From Octopus vulgaris (Eukaryota), in contig OX597827.1 of assembly GCA_951406725.2 (NCBI GenBank), forward strand, positions 6,262,001 through 6,326,000: DNA of 64,000 bases. Direction: 5' to 3'. Shown here piece by piece: positions 1 through 13,036 of the stretch. Every line of letters starts with the position of its first letter. Within the stretch, counting starts at the first letter, position 1. Under the pieces are notes generated by a model. The model made no database searches and was not told the origin of the DNA. It saw only the letters and a program-made list of their open reading frames with translations. The translations under genes and the position numbers were made by a program.

Positions 1-667
1 TGATGCAAACCAGCTTGTAGAGATGCATTGTTTTTAGTCAGTTATTCTTCGTAATAATCATCATTCTTATAATTGTTTTGATTTCCACTTTTCCTCACCT
101 GTGAAAACTGAATTTGTTGAGGAAAGTTACTTTTATAGTTAGATGTCCTTCTTGTCACCAACATTCACTTGTTTCCAAGCAAGATAATATCCCCTGTAGC
201 TGGACATGTATTGGGGAAAAACGGGGAACAAATGACAAAACTTCTAAGACAGTGATTCTTGCTTACAACTATCAAGACTATCTGATTCAAACACACACAC
301 ACACACATGTACATATATATATATATATATATATACAACAGGCTTCTTTAAGATTCTGTCTACAAAATCCACTCACAAGCTTTTGGTCAGCCTGAGGTCA
401 TAGTAGAAGTCATTTGCCCAAAGTGCTGTGCTGCAAGACTAAAACTGAAATCAGGTGATTGGGAAGGGAATTTCTTCATCACTCAGCTATGTCTGTGCCT
501 TCATGTATACTAGTAATTTAGCCATGCTTGTCCCTTGGGCATGTTTGTACCTTGGGCATGTTTGTACCTTAGCTATCCCTGCATCTTCAATAAATAAAAA
601 TTGATAAGATAAATTTATGCTTATGAATTCATGTTGCAAGATTCCTGATGCTGTGTATTGTAACAGA

Positions 668-987
668 TGTTGTTGTATTTCAGGATGGTCATATATATAT
701 TTTTTTGCCAAATAAACACACACTGTATATTCGTTCTTCACTCATCTATTACTGTTCTTGTTCGTTGCACATCTGTGACCTCTTCAGTGACACTTTCCAT
801 CTTCATGTGTGCTCCTGTTCTGTTTAGTCCAGATACTTTCCATCCTCGTGTGTGTGTGCTCATGTTCCTCTGAAGAGGTCACAAATGTGGGACAAAAGAT
901 TTCCAGACAATGGACATGAGTTAAAATAAGAACAGTAAGAAATGAGCGAAGAGCGAATATATAGCACGTGTGTTTATTTAGCAAAAA
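668..987. mobile_element. Degenerate Penelope-like inverted-repeat element with hammerhead-like motifs (same family as 3529-3851)
   Basis: 706-787 is the reverse complement of parts of 870-987. The + strand motif CTGAAGA-G-GTCAC..GTGGGAC-AAAA-GATT-TC lies at ~870-903. The start tgttgtattt(c)agga(a)tggtcat is shared with 3529. Confidence 0.55.
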
Positions 988-1999
988 AGAAAAAAAAATG
1001 ATCAAATAGCAGTGCCCCAGCATGGCCACTGCTCGTGAGCTGAAACTAGAAAAAATTTTTTAAATCCCAATAAGATAAATACCTGACTGAAATAAGTAGT
1101 AGGGTTGATACAACTGACTAAAAATCTTTGAAAGTAGTGCTCCAGCATTGCCAGGCCAATGACTGGAACCAGACAAAGAATGGGAAAAAATTAACCATCA
1201 GATGAAGAACAGATTCTTAAAATGTTGCTATAGTATAAGTAAAATTAATAGCACATCCATGGCAAGATCAAATCATGACAGGATTTTTAACCAGGGAAAA
1301 ACAGAAGTTAAAAGAATTGTTTTGTTTACTTAAATTCCATTTTCTTTTTGTCTTTATCAGAAACAGAGAATATTCAAATAATGGCGAGCCATCATACAAA
1401 ATTTGTTGCAAACTAAACCAAACTAAATATGTATAAAAAAAATACTTTATGTAAAAATAACAAATAAAAAAAACCAACTAAATATTTATTAATATTCTAT
1501 AGAAGTCTCCAAGTTCTATTTAGATTTTGAATAAATTACACTTTTTCAACAAAATAAAGAAGAAATTTTCTTTTTATATGCAAATAATAATCATTTCTTG
1601 CTGTGTTTTAATTCTGTGAAAACAAATTTTAATAAAAGAATATTTGTAACTTGCCAATGTTATTAACACAACTCTGAGAATAGTACTTCCACTTTGGATA
1701 AAAAAAAGTTTCATCTTTTTATCTCAAGATTATGGAAATCAATAGCAAGAATATATAGTAAAGTCAAACTAGAAAGCATAATTAATAATGTAGATAAAGA
1801 ATTCTATATAATTCTTCAGATTATCTATATATAAAAACGTTAGTCTTAAATTACCAGTGTTAGAATTACAGAGGATTTAGATCAAAAAGACGTCAATAAT
1901 AAAGTATATTTTCAGATTTCAGTATTTCAGAATTTCTAACTTTTAAAATTAAAGCTAACACTTTTATGACTACATACAAGAACATCAATAACAGAGCTT

Positions 2000-2298
2000 C
2001 CTTCCTTCTTGAGCCATACCTGGCTCATAAGGGCCGGTTTCCCGGTTTCTTGGCGTATAGGTTCCCCACCTGAACGGGACGCCAGTCCGTCGCAGGTGAG
2101 CTACAAGATGCAGGAGGAAAGAGTGAGAGAAAGTTGTGGGGAAAGAGTCAGCAGAAGTTTCGCCATTACCTTCTGCCGGAGCCGAGTGGAGCTTAGGTGT
2201 TTTCTCTCATAAATACACACATCGTCCGGTCTGAGATTCGAACCCGCGATCCCTCGACCGCGAGTCCACTGCTCTAACCACTAGGCCATGTGCCTCCA
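2000..2298 (-). mobile_element. Young tRNA(Arg)-like SINE (family F; probably related to octopus OR-type SINEs)
   Basis: Minus-strand head GTGGAGGCACATGGCCTAGTGGTTAGAGC (A box) ... GGTTCGAATC (B box). CpGs are retained and there is a (GAAG)n tail. A perfect 14-bp TSD caataacagagctt lies at 1986-1999 and 2299-2312. Confidence 0.85.
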
Positions 2299-2953
2299 CA
2301 ATAACAGAGCTTGATGCATTTGCGCTACATGCTAGAAATAGCAACCTAATTTTCCTCAAATCACACTCTACTATTTTAAATACAGAACATATAAATAGAA
2401 GTATTTGATAAGTGAAAAGGCAGTGTGATTGTACCTGGAAAGTCTTATATCCTAGGTCATTTTGATCAGACCTTTAAGGTCAAAAAGTCCTTTAATTAGG
2501 TAGGCAAAGGGGAGTTATAATGTAACCTGTTTATCCATTCATCCATCATTCCATTGACCCATCTTTCCTGGGATTGTATGGGGGTTAGAATCTTCAGACA
2601 TCTCCTCCATAGGGTCCCTCAGGCATAGCCAAGTGAGAATATGAATATTATTCAACCATCTCATTCTTGGTCTAATCGTAGGTCTTTTGCCAACTGGCTT
2701 GGCTTGAAGAATTTGTCTTTAAATTCTTTCCCGCATTCTAATTACACGTCCATAATACCAAAGCAGCATTCTACTCACCACATATCCGTAGTACCATTTG
2801 TATCTTTTGATGTAGAGAAGTAGCAGCTGGCAAAAATCCTCAAACACCAAACTATGTACCCTGTTGGAATTTAGTGCTAGAGAAGTTGTTGCTGGATATT
2901 TATTGCGTTCGAATATTTTTCTATTGCCTGCAGATAAGTATCTAAGAAAATGG

Positions 2954-3363
2954 TTTACTCTTTTACTCTTTTACTTGTTTCAGTCATTTGACTGCGGCCA
3001 TGCTGGAGCACCACCTTTAGTCGAGCAAATCGACCCCAGGACTTATTCTTTGTAAGCCCAGTACTTATTCTATCGGTCTCTTTATGCCGAACCGCTAAGT
3101 GACGGGGACATAAACACACCAGCATCGGTCGTCAAGCAATACTAGGGGGACAAACACAGGCACACAAACACACACACGCATATATATATATACATATATA
3201 TGATGGGCTTCTTTCAGTTTCCGTCTACCAAATCCACTCACAAGGCATTGGTCGGCCCGGGGCTATAGCAGAAGACACTTGCCCCAGATGCCACGCAGTG
3301 GGACTGAACCCGGAACCATTGGTTGGTTAGCAAGCTACTTACCACACAGCCACACCTGCGCCT
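2954..3363 (-). mobile_element. tRNA-derived SINE family A, full length
   Basis: Head GGCGCAGG.GTGGCTGTGTGG (A box), GGTTCAGTCCC (B box), internal TA/TG microsatellite, and 3' tail ...GACTGAAACAAGTAAAAGAGTAAAAGAG. About 9 near-complete copies occur in the window. Confidence 0.88.
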
Positions 3364-3528
3364 ATGTTTGTTTGTTTTTTTTGCTTTGTTTATTTCTTAT
3401 GAAGGAATCTGTTATATATTGATTCAATATAAGAGGTGTCTGAAGGAAAATAGAGAGTAAACAGTAAAACAATTTACACATAAATTGAGTTTTTGCTTCA
3501 AATGCCTTTTGTCTGATTTACAATGGGA

Positions 3529-3851
3529 ATATTGTTGTATTTAGGAATGGTCATTTTCCCAGTTTAGCCAATAAAAACACACGCACTATATATTTGGTGT
3601 TACTTTGTTTCAGCGTTATTTATTTTTTACATTAATCTTAATCTTATTTCAGCCAGAGTTCTTTTGTCACACTCCTGTGACCTCATCAGTGGTCCTTTGC
3701 TTTCTTCTTTCTTATTTGTGTGTCTCTCCTTACTAACGGTCAGCCATTTTGTATAAATAAATAACGCTGAAGCAAAGTAACACCAAATATATAGTGTGTG
3801 TGTTTTTATTGGCTAAACTGGGAAAGTGACCATTCCTAAATACAACAATAT
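3529..3851. mobile_element. Penelope-like inverted-repeat element (~100 bp arms) with a hammerhead-like motif in the spacer
   Basis: 3529-3625 is the near-perfect reverse complement of 3755-3851. The minus strand at ~3652-3692 reads CCA-CTGATGA-G-GTCAC-aggagt-GTGAC-AAAA-GAAC-TC-TGG. Confidence 0.7.
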
Positions 3852-3964
3852 CTGTTTCAACACACAATTTCACATCAAAAATCTTGCACAACTAATATAT
3901 AAACGTACAATATGAATGTTTTCCTTTAAATAGGTTGCTACTTATATACAGTGTCAGGCAGATA

Positions 3965-4300
3965 TGAAGGCACCTCAGTGGTTTAGAGCACTGGACTCAC
4001 AATCATGAGGTAGTGAGTTCAGTTCCTGGATCAAGCTCTGTGTTGTGTTCTTGAGCAAGACACTTTATTTCACGTTGCTCCAGTTCTTCACTCATCTGTG
4101 GAAATGAGTTGCAACATCACAGGTACCAAACTATATTGGCCTTTGCCTTTCCCTTGGATAACATCAATGGTATGGAGAGGAGAGGCTGGTATGTATGGAC
4201 AACTTCCATAAACAACTTTGCCTGGAATTGTGCCTTGGAGGGGAACTTTCTAGGTGCAATCCCATGGTCATTCGTGACCATAGGGGGTCTTTACCCATTA
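3965..4300 (+). mobile_element. Degenerate tRNA-derived SINE with a CORE-like segment (family F/D group)
   Basis: Head similar to that of 2000-2298, followed by tgtgttcttgagcaagacactttatttcacgttgctccag. The same segment occurs at 43575-43825, 55145-55440, 56120-56260 and 59595-59745. Confidence 0.7.
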
Positions 4301-4721
4301 TCCTTTACTTATATATGCTAAAATTATGTAGCCAAATAGGTATAAGGTATTAAGTTAATGACAGTGGGGCTTTGTGGTCCAGTCCTGGACCAGATGGCAC
4401 ATTGTGATACTGAAAATGGCCTATTTCCCTAACTGAAAATGAATACCAGGTAGGAATTGGTACACTCTTTCTTTCTCTAGGTGTCACATCCTGGATGATC
4501 TACTGGGTTTTTAGTCAGTGGCGTGCTTTGGTTGTCTCAGGGCTATAGTAGAAGACACTTGCTTGAGGTCCCATGCTGTTAGACTGAACCCATGACCATG
4601 TGGTTTAGAAGTAAACTTCTTGCAGTGGCTCTGTGTGTGTGTGTGTGTGTGTGCATGTGTGTGTGTGAGTGTGTGTGTGTGTGTGTGTGAGTGTGTGTGT
4701 ATGTGTGTGTGTGTGTGTGCA

Positions 4722-4757
<36 letters not shown>

Positions 4758-5118
4758 TGTGTGTGTGTGTGTGTGTATGTGTATTTTCAGCGATAAAAAT
4801 AGCAACAACATACCCCTCTTTAAAGAAACGACATCAATATTAAAAGATGTCTCTCATGATGATGATGATAATGATTACGAAAATGATGATGGCAGTCACA
4901 GTAACAATGACCATGATGACAATGATGATGATGATGATGACGACGACGATGTCAAAGAGGAAAACGACATCAAGGATGACAATAATATGACAGCACCACC
5001 ACTGCCACCACCACTGCCACTGATGGTAACGACAACAACACTGACAGTGTTGTTCATGATAATGAGGACAACATTGCAAGCATCAGTATCATCAGTACTA
5101 TTCTTACGCTTGATAAGG

Positions 5119-5227
<109 letters not shown>

Positions 5228-5783
5228 AGTGAGAGAGCAGTTCATGCCATCAAAGTGACACTGGGGTAAAATATACCAAGCCCAGTATACCCATCATGAC
5301 TACCCTTTCTGATAAGGGTACACTAGGCACATGCATCAGAACAATATGTGCGCGACATGGTGATCTCATATCAAGATAAACAGCACATGGTCTTGCAGGT
5401 GGGGCCCAGTTAGAATTTTCTTCTTGTTGAGTAGCCCATCCCACTCAAAAGGTCCCTGAATAAGGGTTGTTTAAGGATGTTGAAAGAACCACCCATGTTT
5501 CCAGAGGTGAACTATTCAAACCCCAAAGAATCCCTCTCAACACATGGCTATGATGCTCCCCCACTACTTCTGCTCGTGATCAGAGATGCACATATCGTCA
5601 GCCACTAAGGGACATGCTCAACTGGTTAAGGTCAAACAACTGACAAGCAAATCTGTGGTATTGAGCAGAATATTTGCTGTAGCCCATCTTTTATACCAAG
5701 ACAAAACAATGTACATGATAACACTTCCAATCAGTTAAGATCAGAAGCCATGAGAGCCACTGCCTGGTACTGCATCAGGGCAT
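5228..5783 (-). mobile_element. Non-coding retroelement (family E) embedded in (TAA)n, possibly a non-autonomous R4/Dong derivative
   Basis: Flanked on both sides by (ATT)n. A homologous copy in the opposite orientation at 8651-9139 is also flanked by (TAA)n. Confidence 0.7.
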
Positions 5784-5881
5784 TTATTATTATTATTATT
5801 ATTATTATTATCATCATCATCATCATTATTATCATCATTATTATTATTATTATTATTATTAGTAGTAGTAGTAGTAGTAGT

Positions 5882-5935
<54 letters not shown>

Positions 5936-6505
5936 TTTATTATTGCTGTTATCATGTTCGAAGGATTACTTGAGACATCAGCACTGCTGGTTATGACAGC
6001 GGCAATGATCTGAACAATTCAAATGCTATGGAAAAAAAATCCATACAACTTCCTATACCAAAAGCAATGGATTGCAGCTGTATTGAAGATATTGACTGAA
6101 GAGCAAAGGATTCGTGTTTGTTTCTTGTTAATTCCTCTACCTATCAATTCAATTTAGTCTATTCTCAAGGCATTTTGTTTGTGTCAGTACAAGACGTAGA
6201 AAGTCAATACACCCTTATATTGTGAACTACTTCAGTTAGAAGAATTGAAATCATAAAATAGTCTGAAATTTCAGAAAGCAGCCTGGGGCAGTTTGGGATG
6301 TATAGAAATAATCTTTGCTGTGAACAATTAGTAGAATAATTTCTGATCCTTATTTTGGTTAAATTCTAGGCTAATCTTCAGTTGAAACTTTGGTTTTCTT
6401 TCCCTCCAAAAATCAATGAAATGAAACTTACTATCTTTGATAGAAATAATACAAGTTTTCTTTCCACCAACTTGGTGGAATGTAATCATTATCATCAACA
6501 TTTAA

Positions 6506-6726
6506 CCCGTTCATTACTGTATTTATTTTGGGATGCTCTGTGTTTCTTTCAATTACTTTAAATATAACAAAGAATTTAGTAAAATAACTTAGTTATGATT
6601 AAGCTAGTTTTAGGAACATAAATTGTGACTAAGGTTTGGTGAAAGATTTTAATTCGGAACTTCTGAAAACAAGACATTTGTACTACAGAGCCAGAGCCTG
6701 TTTTAGCCAGGTTGGTAATGAAATGG
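6506..6726. mobile_element. TTAA-flanked MITE (piggyBac/Kolobok-like)
   Basis: TTAA at 6502-6505 and 6727-6730; imperfect TIRs cccgttcattac / gtaatgaaatgg. Confidence 0.65.
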
Positions 6727-6807
6727 TTAAAGTCAGTTTTCCAAACTGGCATAGGTAGGACAGCTTGACAGGAAGTGAAAAAGTCAGGGGCCACCCCAGG
6801 TTATATA

Positions 6808-7374
6808 TTGGGTTGTCCGGAAAGTTCAGGACGATTTTTCAAGGAAAGAAAAAGGTCAATAAATACTTATAATTACATTTTTAATCAACCAAATATGAAC
6901 CATTTTGTTGCACAATGCATCTCTATCTTTCCTTTAACTTGAAAATACCCTCTTCCCAGAATTGAGGTGGTTTCATGGCTAAGAATTCATCAAGATATCT
7001 TTTTACGTCATCCAAGGAATAGAAATTTTTACCATTAAGACTATTCTGCAGAGATCTGAATAAGTGGAAATCTGAAGGAGCAATATCTGGCGAATATGGA
7101 GGGTGGGGGTAACACATCCCAGCCGAGCTGCAGCAATTTTTGTCTAGTTCCTAAAGCATCAAGTGCTAAAAATGAACTTTCTTATGTTCCATTTTAAAGG
7201 GTTACAGAATTAACACAGGTTATTGGAACATAAACCTTCTTGCACGAAAAGATAGCTTAAACTGTGCTCTAAATGGAGGTGTAGTCAAATCCTATTTTAT
7301 GGACTCAACCATATTCTAAGATAAGTTGAAAGGTAAGCTACTATAAATCGGCATGGACTTTTCAGACAACCCAA
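6808..7374 (-). mobile_element. Internally deleted mariner (DD34D) element
   Basis: TIRs ttgggttgtccggaaagttc / gacttttcagacaacccaa with TA TSDs. Transposase C-terminal remnant PHPPYSPDIAPSDFHLFRSLQNSL (mariner YSPDLAP motif) at 6923-7117. Confidence 0.92.
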
Positions 7375-7499
7375 TAGTTGTTTTGGTTTGATCTCTACAG
7401 CTTCTTTATTCTTTTTTCTTTTTTTTTTTGTGCTTTCAAATAATCCCATCTCCTAATATACCACAAAGACACGTTTCCTCCGAAATCAAAGTGGGTTGA

Positions 7500-7639
7500 T
7501 AGCACATGAAAAAAAAAATAAGGAAAAAATATAACTCCAAGGTGTGGGTGAGGAATTTCTGAGGTTCAAGTTGACTGGTAACCTGGGGCCCACCAAAATT
7601 GTTCCCAATTGGGCCCCACACCTCCTAAGGCCGGCCCTG
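7500..7639 (-). mobile_element. hAT-like DNA transposon end fragment
   Basis: The minus strand begins CAGGGCCGGCCTTAGG, typical of hAT (Tip100-like) termini. Only one end is seen. Confidence 0.4.
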
Positions 7640-7644
7640 TATAT

Positions 7645-7727
<83 letters not shown>

Positions 7728-8563
7728 AACAGGTAGACAGACAGACAAATAGACAGACAGACAAACAGACAAATAGAAAGAAAAACAGAGAGAGATTTTT
7801 AGATAGAAAGATGGATAGATGTATGCACACACACACACATAATGAGTTATGCAGTAAATGAAACACAAAATTATACAATAAGATTTTTGCTAACGATTCA
7901 TGTTCAGATAATTTTTTTCATACAGTTTCTATACTTTTTCTTTTGTTTAATTTATTTTACTACGATATTTACTCAGCTGCACTCACCTTTTTCAAATGTT
8001 ATGCATGTTGAAACATGCTGAAAATTAGCATTGATATGTAAATTTGTCTTGTTTTTCACTTTTTCCTTCTCTGCAAAACGTTTTTTCCTTCACTACGAAG
8101 AAACTATTTCAATGACAATTGCTAAATTTTTTTCTTATATCATTTAATTGATCTTAATCATTATCACTCCTTTTTAGATGAGTACATTTTGAAAATATCT
8201 CTTTTATGATGTTTTGTCTTGCCTTCATTTTATCGTGTTCGTTCTCCAACTTAAATGCACTCAAACAGAGGATGATAAAGTGCTTGTTTTTAATCTGTTG
8301 TTTTCTTTAGAGCAGTACGTTTTCAAGTATCTTATTGCCTCTCTTTATCCATGTAATTATCTACTTAGTTTCTTCAAGAATAGAAGTAACATCCACTTTT
8401 TTGTTTATAACGGCAAAAACATAGGATTGGTAAACAGAAATAAAATCGAAAGGGTGGGTGGGGGGAGAAAAAAAGGTCAGAGAAATAAAGAAAAAAAACA
8501 CAACAAAGTTTTGATTAAAAAAAATGTCACAGGAAAAATGTCACATATCATTCAAATACCTAA

Positions 8564-8649
<86 letters not shown>

Positions 8650-8650
8650 G

Positions 8651-9139
8651 CGTTATCATGTACATTGTTTTGTCTTGGTATAAAAGATGGGCTACAGCAA
8701 ATATTCTGCTCAATAACACAGATTTGCTTGTCAGTTGTTTGACCTTAACCAGTTGAGCATGTCCCTTAGTGGCTGACGGTATGTGCATCTCTGATCATGA
8801 ACAGAAGTGGTGGGGGAGCATCATTGCCATGTGTTGAAAGGAATTCTTAGAGGTTTAGATAATTCACCTTTCGAAACATGGGTGTTTTATTCAACATCCT
8901 TAAACAATCCTTATTCAGAGACCTTTTGAGCAGGATGGGCTACTCGACCAGAAGAAAATTCTAACTGGGTCCACCTGCAAGGTGTTTATTTTGATATGAG
9001 ATCACCATGTTGTGCATATATGGTTGTGATGCATGTGCCTGGTGTACCCTTATCAGACGGGTAGTCATGATAGGTATACTGGGCTTTGTATATTTTACTC
9101 CAGTGTCACTTTGATGGCATGCACTGCTCTCTCTCACTC
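8651..9139 (+). mobile_element. Family E retroelement copy, 5' truncated, in (TAA)n
   Basis: Reverse-complement homolog of 5228-5722; ends ...ctctctcactc followed by (AAT)n. Confidence 0.72.
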
Positions 9140-9823
9140 AATAATAATAATAATAACAATAATCATGATCGTGATTATGATTATGTTCAACATAATTATC
9201 ATTGTTGTCATCATCATTTTTGTCGTCATCGTCATCATCATCATCATCATCATCTTCTTCTGCTTCTGCTTATGTCCACATTCCATGGTGGCCGAACACT
9301 TTGTAAATAAGTTTGCGAATGAGCAAAGAAAAGCATAAGGTTGAGAGGTCCCTTTAGGCACATCTCATTGAGGAGAATACAAACCCCCTTTGTGCTGGTG
9401 TCATAATAAACGCACACTGTAAGTGGTTGATGATAAAAATTCATTCAACCATGGAAGCCAAGGCAAAAATGAAGTGAAAGAACAAGAAATGGTCACTCTA
9501 CTCTATGATGACAGTTACTAAATGACAGTAAAATTAATTCACCCTTCAGCATCCAGATTACTTATTTTTGCACATTGATTTAAATTAATCATGCATTATA
9601 TCATAGTTTTGAGATTTTGATGATGTAATTGTTTATATTTAGAATGACATTGTTGGATAAGTGTGAGAGGTTGGATCCAGCCAGTTTGAACTTAAAACAG
9701 GTTGAATATTTGGGCCAAATATGGCTAGTTTAAATGGTAAGCAAATAATATATTAAATCACTTTATAACTGATGACATTTGACTTTAACTTATACACAAT
9801 GATAGCACTGTCTATATAATCCC

Positions 9824-10780
9824 TTCTACTAAAGGCACAAGGACTGAAATTTTGGGGGAGGGGATAGTCGATTACATCGATTCCAGTGTTTCACTGGTAC
9901 TTAATCTATCGATCCTAAAAGGATGAAAGGCAAAGCCAACCTTGGTGGAATTTGAACTCAGAACATAGTGATGGGTGAAATACCACTACGCATTTTGTCC
10001 AACATGCTAACATCTCTGCCTTAGCACTGTCTATATAATGATATTACATGTATGAGGGAAAGAAAAAATCAAGTTTTATTTAATGCCTTGAATAAAATAT
10101 TTGTTTCTAATTGTGGCACAAGGCCAGCAACTTCGTGTGCAGGGGAATAATTGATTACATTAACCCCTAGTATTTGACTGGTACTACATTTTATCAACCC
10201 TGAAGCGATAAAAATCAAAGTTAACCAGTGTAAGATTTGAACTCATATACTCCTTTACTCTTTTACTTGTTTCAGTCATTTTACTGTGGTCATGGTGGAG
10301 CACCGCCTTTAAAAATGTGTGACCCTTACAGCACCTAGGTTTCCCAAGTGGTCACCCATCTAAGTACTAACTAGGTTCGACGTTGCTTAACTTCAATGAT
10401 CAGACGAGAACCAGTGCTTTCAACGTGATATGGCCAACATTTTTAATTAAGACACAAGTCCAGCAACTTTTGAGGGGAGAATATTAATTGATTACAACAG
10501 ACCCAGCACTTTATTTTATCAACCCTGAAAAGATGTAAAACAAAGATGACCTTGGTGGGATTCGAACCCATATAATAAACGTTTCTAATTTCTAATTTAA
10601 ACACAAGGCCAGCAACTTTTGCAGTGAATTGATTATCTCAATCCAAGTATTTGACTATGTTATATACTATATTATATCAACTCTGAAAAGATAAAAAGCA
10701 AAGATGTCTTTGGTAGGATTTGAACTCGTAATAATTATTTCTAATTTAGGCACAAGGTCTGCTACTTCTGAGGGAAAGGG
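9824..10780 (-). mobile_element. Cluster of tandem, degenerate SINE family B units
   Basis: Repeated module ggcacaagg...gattacatcga..ccagt...tcaaccctgaaa.gat..aaaggcaaag...gatttgaactca (about 4-5 units). The 5S chimera interrupts the cluster. Confidence 0.75.
10325..10435 (-). pseudogene. 5S rRNA pseudogene (5' truncated by ~6 nt) fused to a SINE-A 3' tail
   Basis: The minus strand reads GGCCATATCACGTTGAAAGCACTGGTTCTCGTCTGATCATTGAAGTTAAGCAACGTCGAACCTAGTTAGTACTTAGATGGGTGACCACTTGGGAAACCTAGGTGCTGTAAG. This is colinear with metazoan 5S rRNA, including box A and box C, and several substitutions are CpG transitions. Confidence 0.93.
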
Positions 10781-10794
10781 ACTCTCTCTTTCCT

Positions 10795-11009
10795 TTTTCT
10801 TTTAATTGTTTCAGTCATTTGACTGCAGCCATGCTGGAGCACCGCCTTTAATCAAGCAACTCGACCCTGGGACTTATTCTTTGTAAGCCCAGTACTTATT
10901 CTATCGGTCTCTTTTGCCGAACCGCTAAGTGATGGGGACGTAAACACACCAGCATCGGTTGTCAAGCAATGCTAGGGGGACAAACACACACACACAAACA
11001 CACACACAT

Positions 11010-11051
<42 letters not shown>

Positions 11052-11213
11052 GACGGGCTTCTTCAGTTTCCATCTACCAAATCCACTCACAAGGCTTTGG
11101 CTGGCCCGAGGTTATAGTAGAAGACACTTGCCCAAGGTGCCACACAGTGGGACTGAACCCGGAACCATGTGGTTGGTAAGGAAGCTACTTACCACACAGC
11201 CACTCCTGTGCCT
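10795..11213 (-). mobile_element. SINE family A, full length
   Basis: Same head, body and tail as 2954-3363. Confidence 0.88.
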
Positions 11214-11704
11214 ATTAACTCCCCAGTATTTCACTGGTTCCAATCCTCAGCAGATATTGAACTCACAACATAAAGAAGCCTGGGAAAATATCACCAAACA
11301 TTATTTCCATTGCTTTAATGGTTCTGCAAATCCACTCTCCTTATCATGAATAAAATGATGAAGTGAAGTCTTCCAGTGACTATTTTTTGTAATTTTTTTT
11401 TTCCAGTGAATTTTTTTCCTAGATTCAAAAAATTCACTGAAAACATTTATTTTAGAGAAACATCATAATAAAAAATTTATTACATTGCTTTATCTTAATT
11501 TTTATCTTTTATCTTTTCCTAGGATCAGTCATTGGACTGCAGCCATACTGGGGCACCATCTTGAAGGATTTAGTCAAAGAAATCAATGCCAGCACTTACT
11601 TTCTTTACATCTGATTTTCTTTTGCTAAACCGGTGTGTTATGAGGATGTAAATAAACAAACACCTGTTGTCAAATTGTGGGAGATATACAAACATAAACA
11701 TGAA

Positions 11705-11810
<106 letters not shown>

Positions 11811-12998
11811 ACGTTTTCCCACAATTTCTGTCTCCCAAATTCACTCAGAAGTTATTGGTTGACCCAACGATACAGAAGAAGACACTTCTTGCCCAAGGTG
11901 CCACACAGTGGGACTAAACCTGAAACCATATGATTGCAAAGAGAACTTCTTAACCACACAGCCATGCCTATGCCTATAAATTGCTGCCAAACATTATTGA
12001 GCTAGAGGTGATTAAAGTTGCTGATTATTGCTATGGAGAAGGTCCTTCTATAATAAGTATACAACATCCTAAAGAGATTTCAGAGCTAAACACAAATACA
12101 ATGAAAAAATTCAATGTTCTTCAAGTTATTGAAGTAGAATGAAAGGTCATGTAACATATTTCTACGAGAATGGTTAGCGCTTATATTATTTTGATTGTGA
12201 AGATCAATGGATGTTTGGACCTGCAGGGCACCTGACAAAATGTCTTGTGGTATTTAATTATGGCCTCTTAATTTGTTGAAATCTCGTTGAGGTTAACTTC
12301 ACCTTTCTTCCTTCTAGCATTGCTAGAATAAATAAATATCAGTCAAGTAGTTAAGCCAATTTCATCTCTTCCGTATCTAGGAATTATAAGGATATATATT
12401 GACACCAGTACTTAGCAGGTACTTATCAATACTAGGAAGATGAAAGGCAAAGGCAGTCATGGATTTCTGTTATATTTCCTTTTACTTTCAGAATGCTTTA
12501 CATTTCTATTAAGTAGGCCCCAGTACTTGACTGGTACTTGATTTTATCAACCCTGGAAGGAGGATAAGCAGAGTTTGTTGTTACCTTTCCTTATAACTGC
12601 ATTCATATCTAGGATGATTTATAAAAATATTAAATCAACTCTAGTACTTGTTGAGTGCTTGATTGTATCACTGCTAGAAGGATGTACAGCAAAATTCATT
12701 TTAGTTTTCTATAATTCTGTTCACAGCTAAGATTCGTCATAAAAATATAAATGGAGTGTAATTTATTGGTATTTCATTTTATCAGCCCTGAAAGACAAAA
12801 GATATAATTGACCAATATCTTTTTAAATTTGAACTCAGACCGTAAAGGGTGTAATTAAATAAAAAAATACTTAGCTCTCTAGTACTTCTGCTAATCAACT
12901 ACCTCAATCAATACCATGAAATAAACTTGGAATATGAAATCTTGTATCTATGTTAGATAGAAATCATTGTTTTGAATGTGTGATAATATATATGTGTG

Positions 12999-13036
<38 letters not shown>

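Noticed and set aside
42-98. Possible minus-strand terminal exon (VRKSGNQNNYKNDDYYEE*)
   Set aside because: Only an acceptor-like AG and a short frame; no homology or partner exon supports it.
2225-2298. tRNA-Arg gene
   Set aside because: A/B boxes are present but there is no proper acceptor stem; it continues into a SINE body and is bounded by TSDs.
10325-10435. Functional 5S rRNA gene
   Set aside because: The 5' end needed for helix I is missing, there is CpG decay, and it is a solitary copy fused to a retroposon tail.
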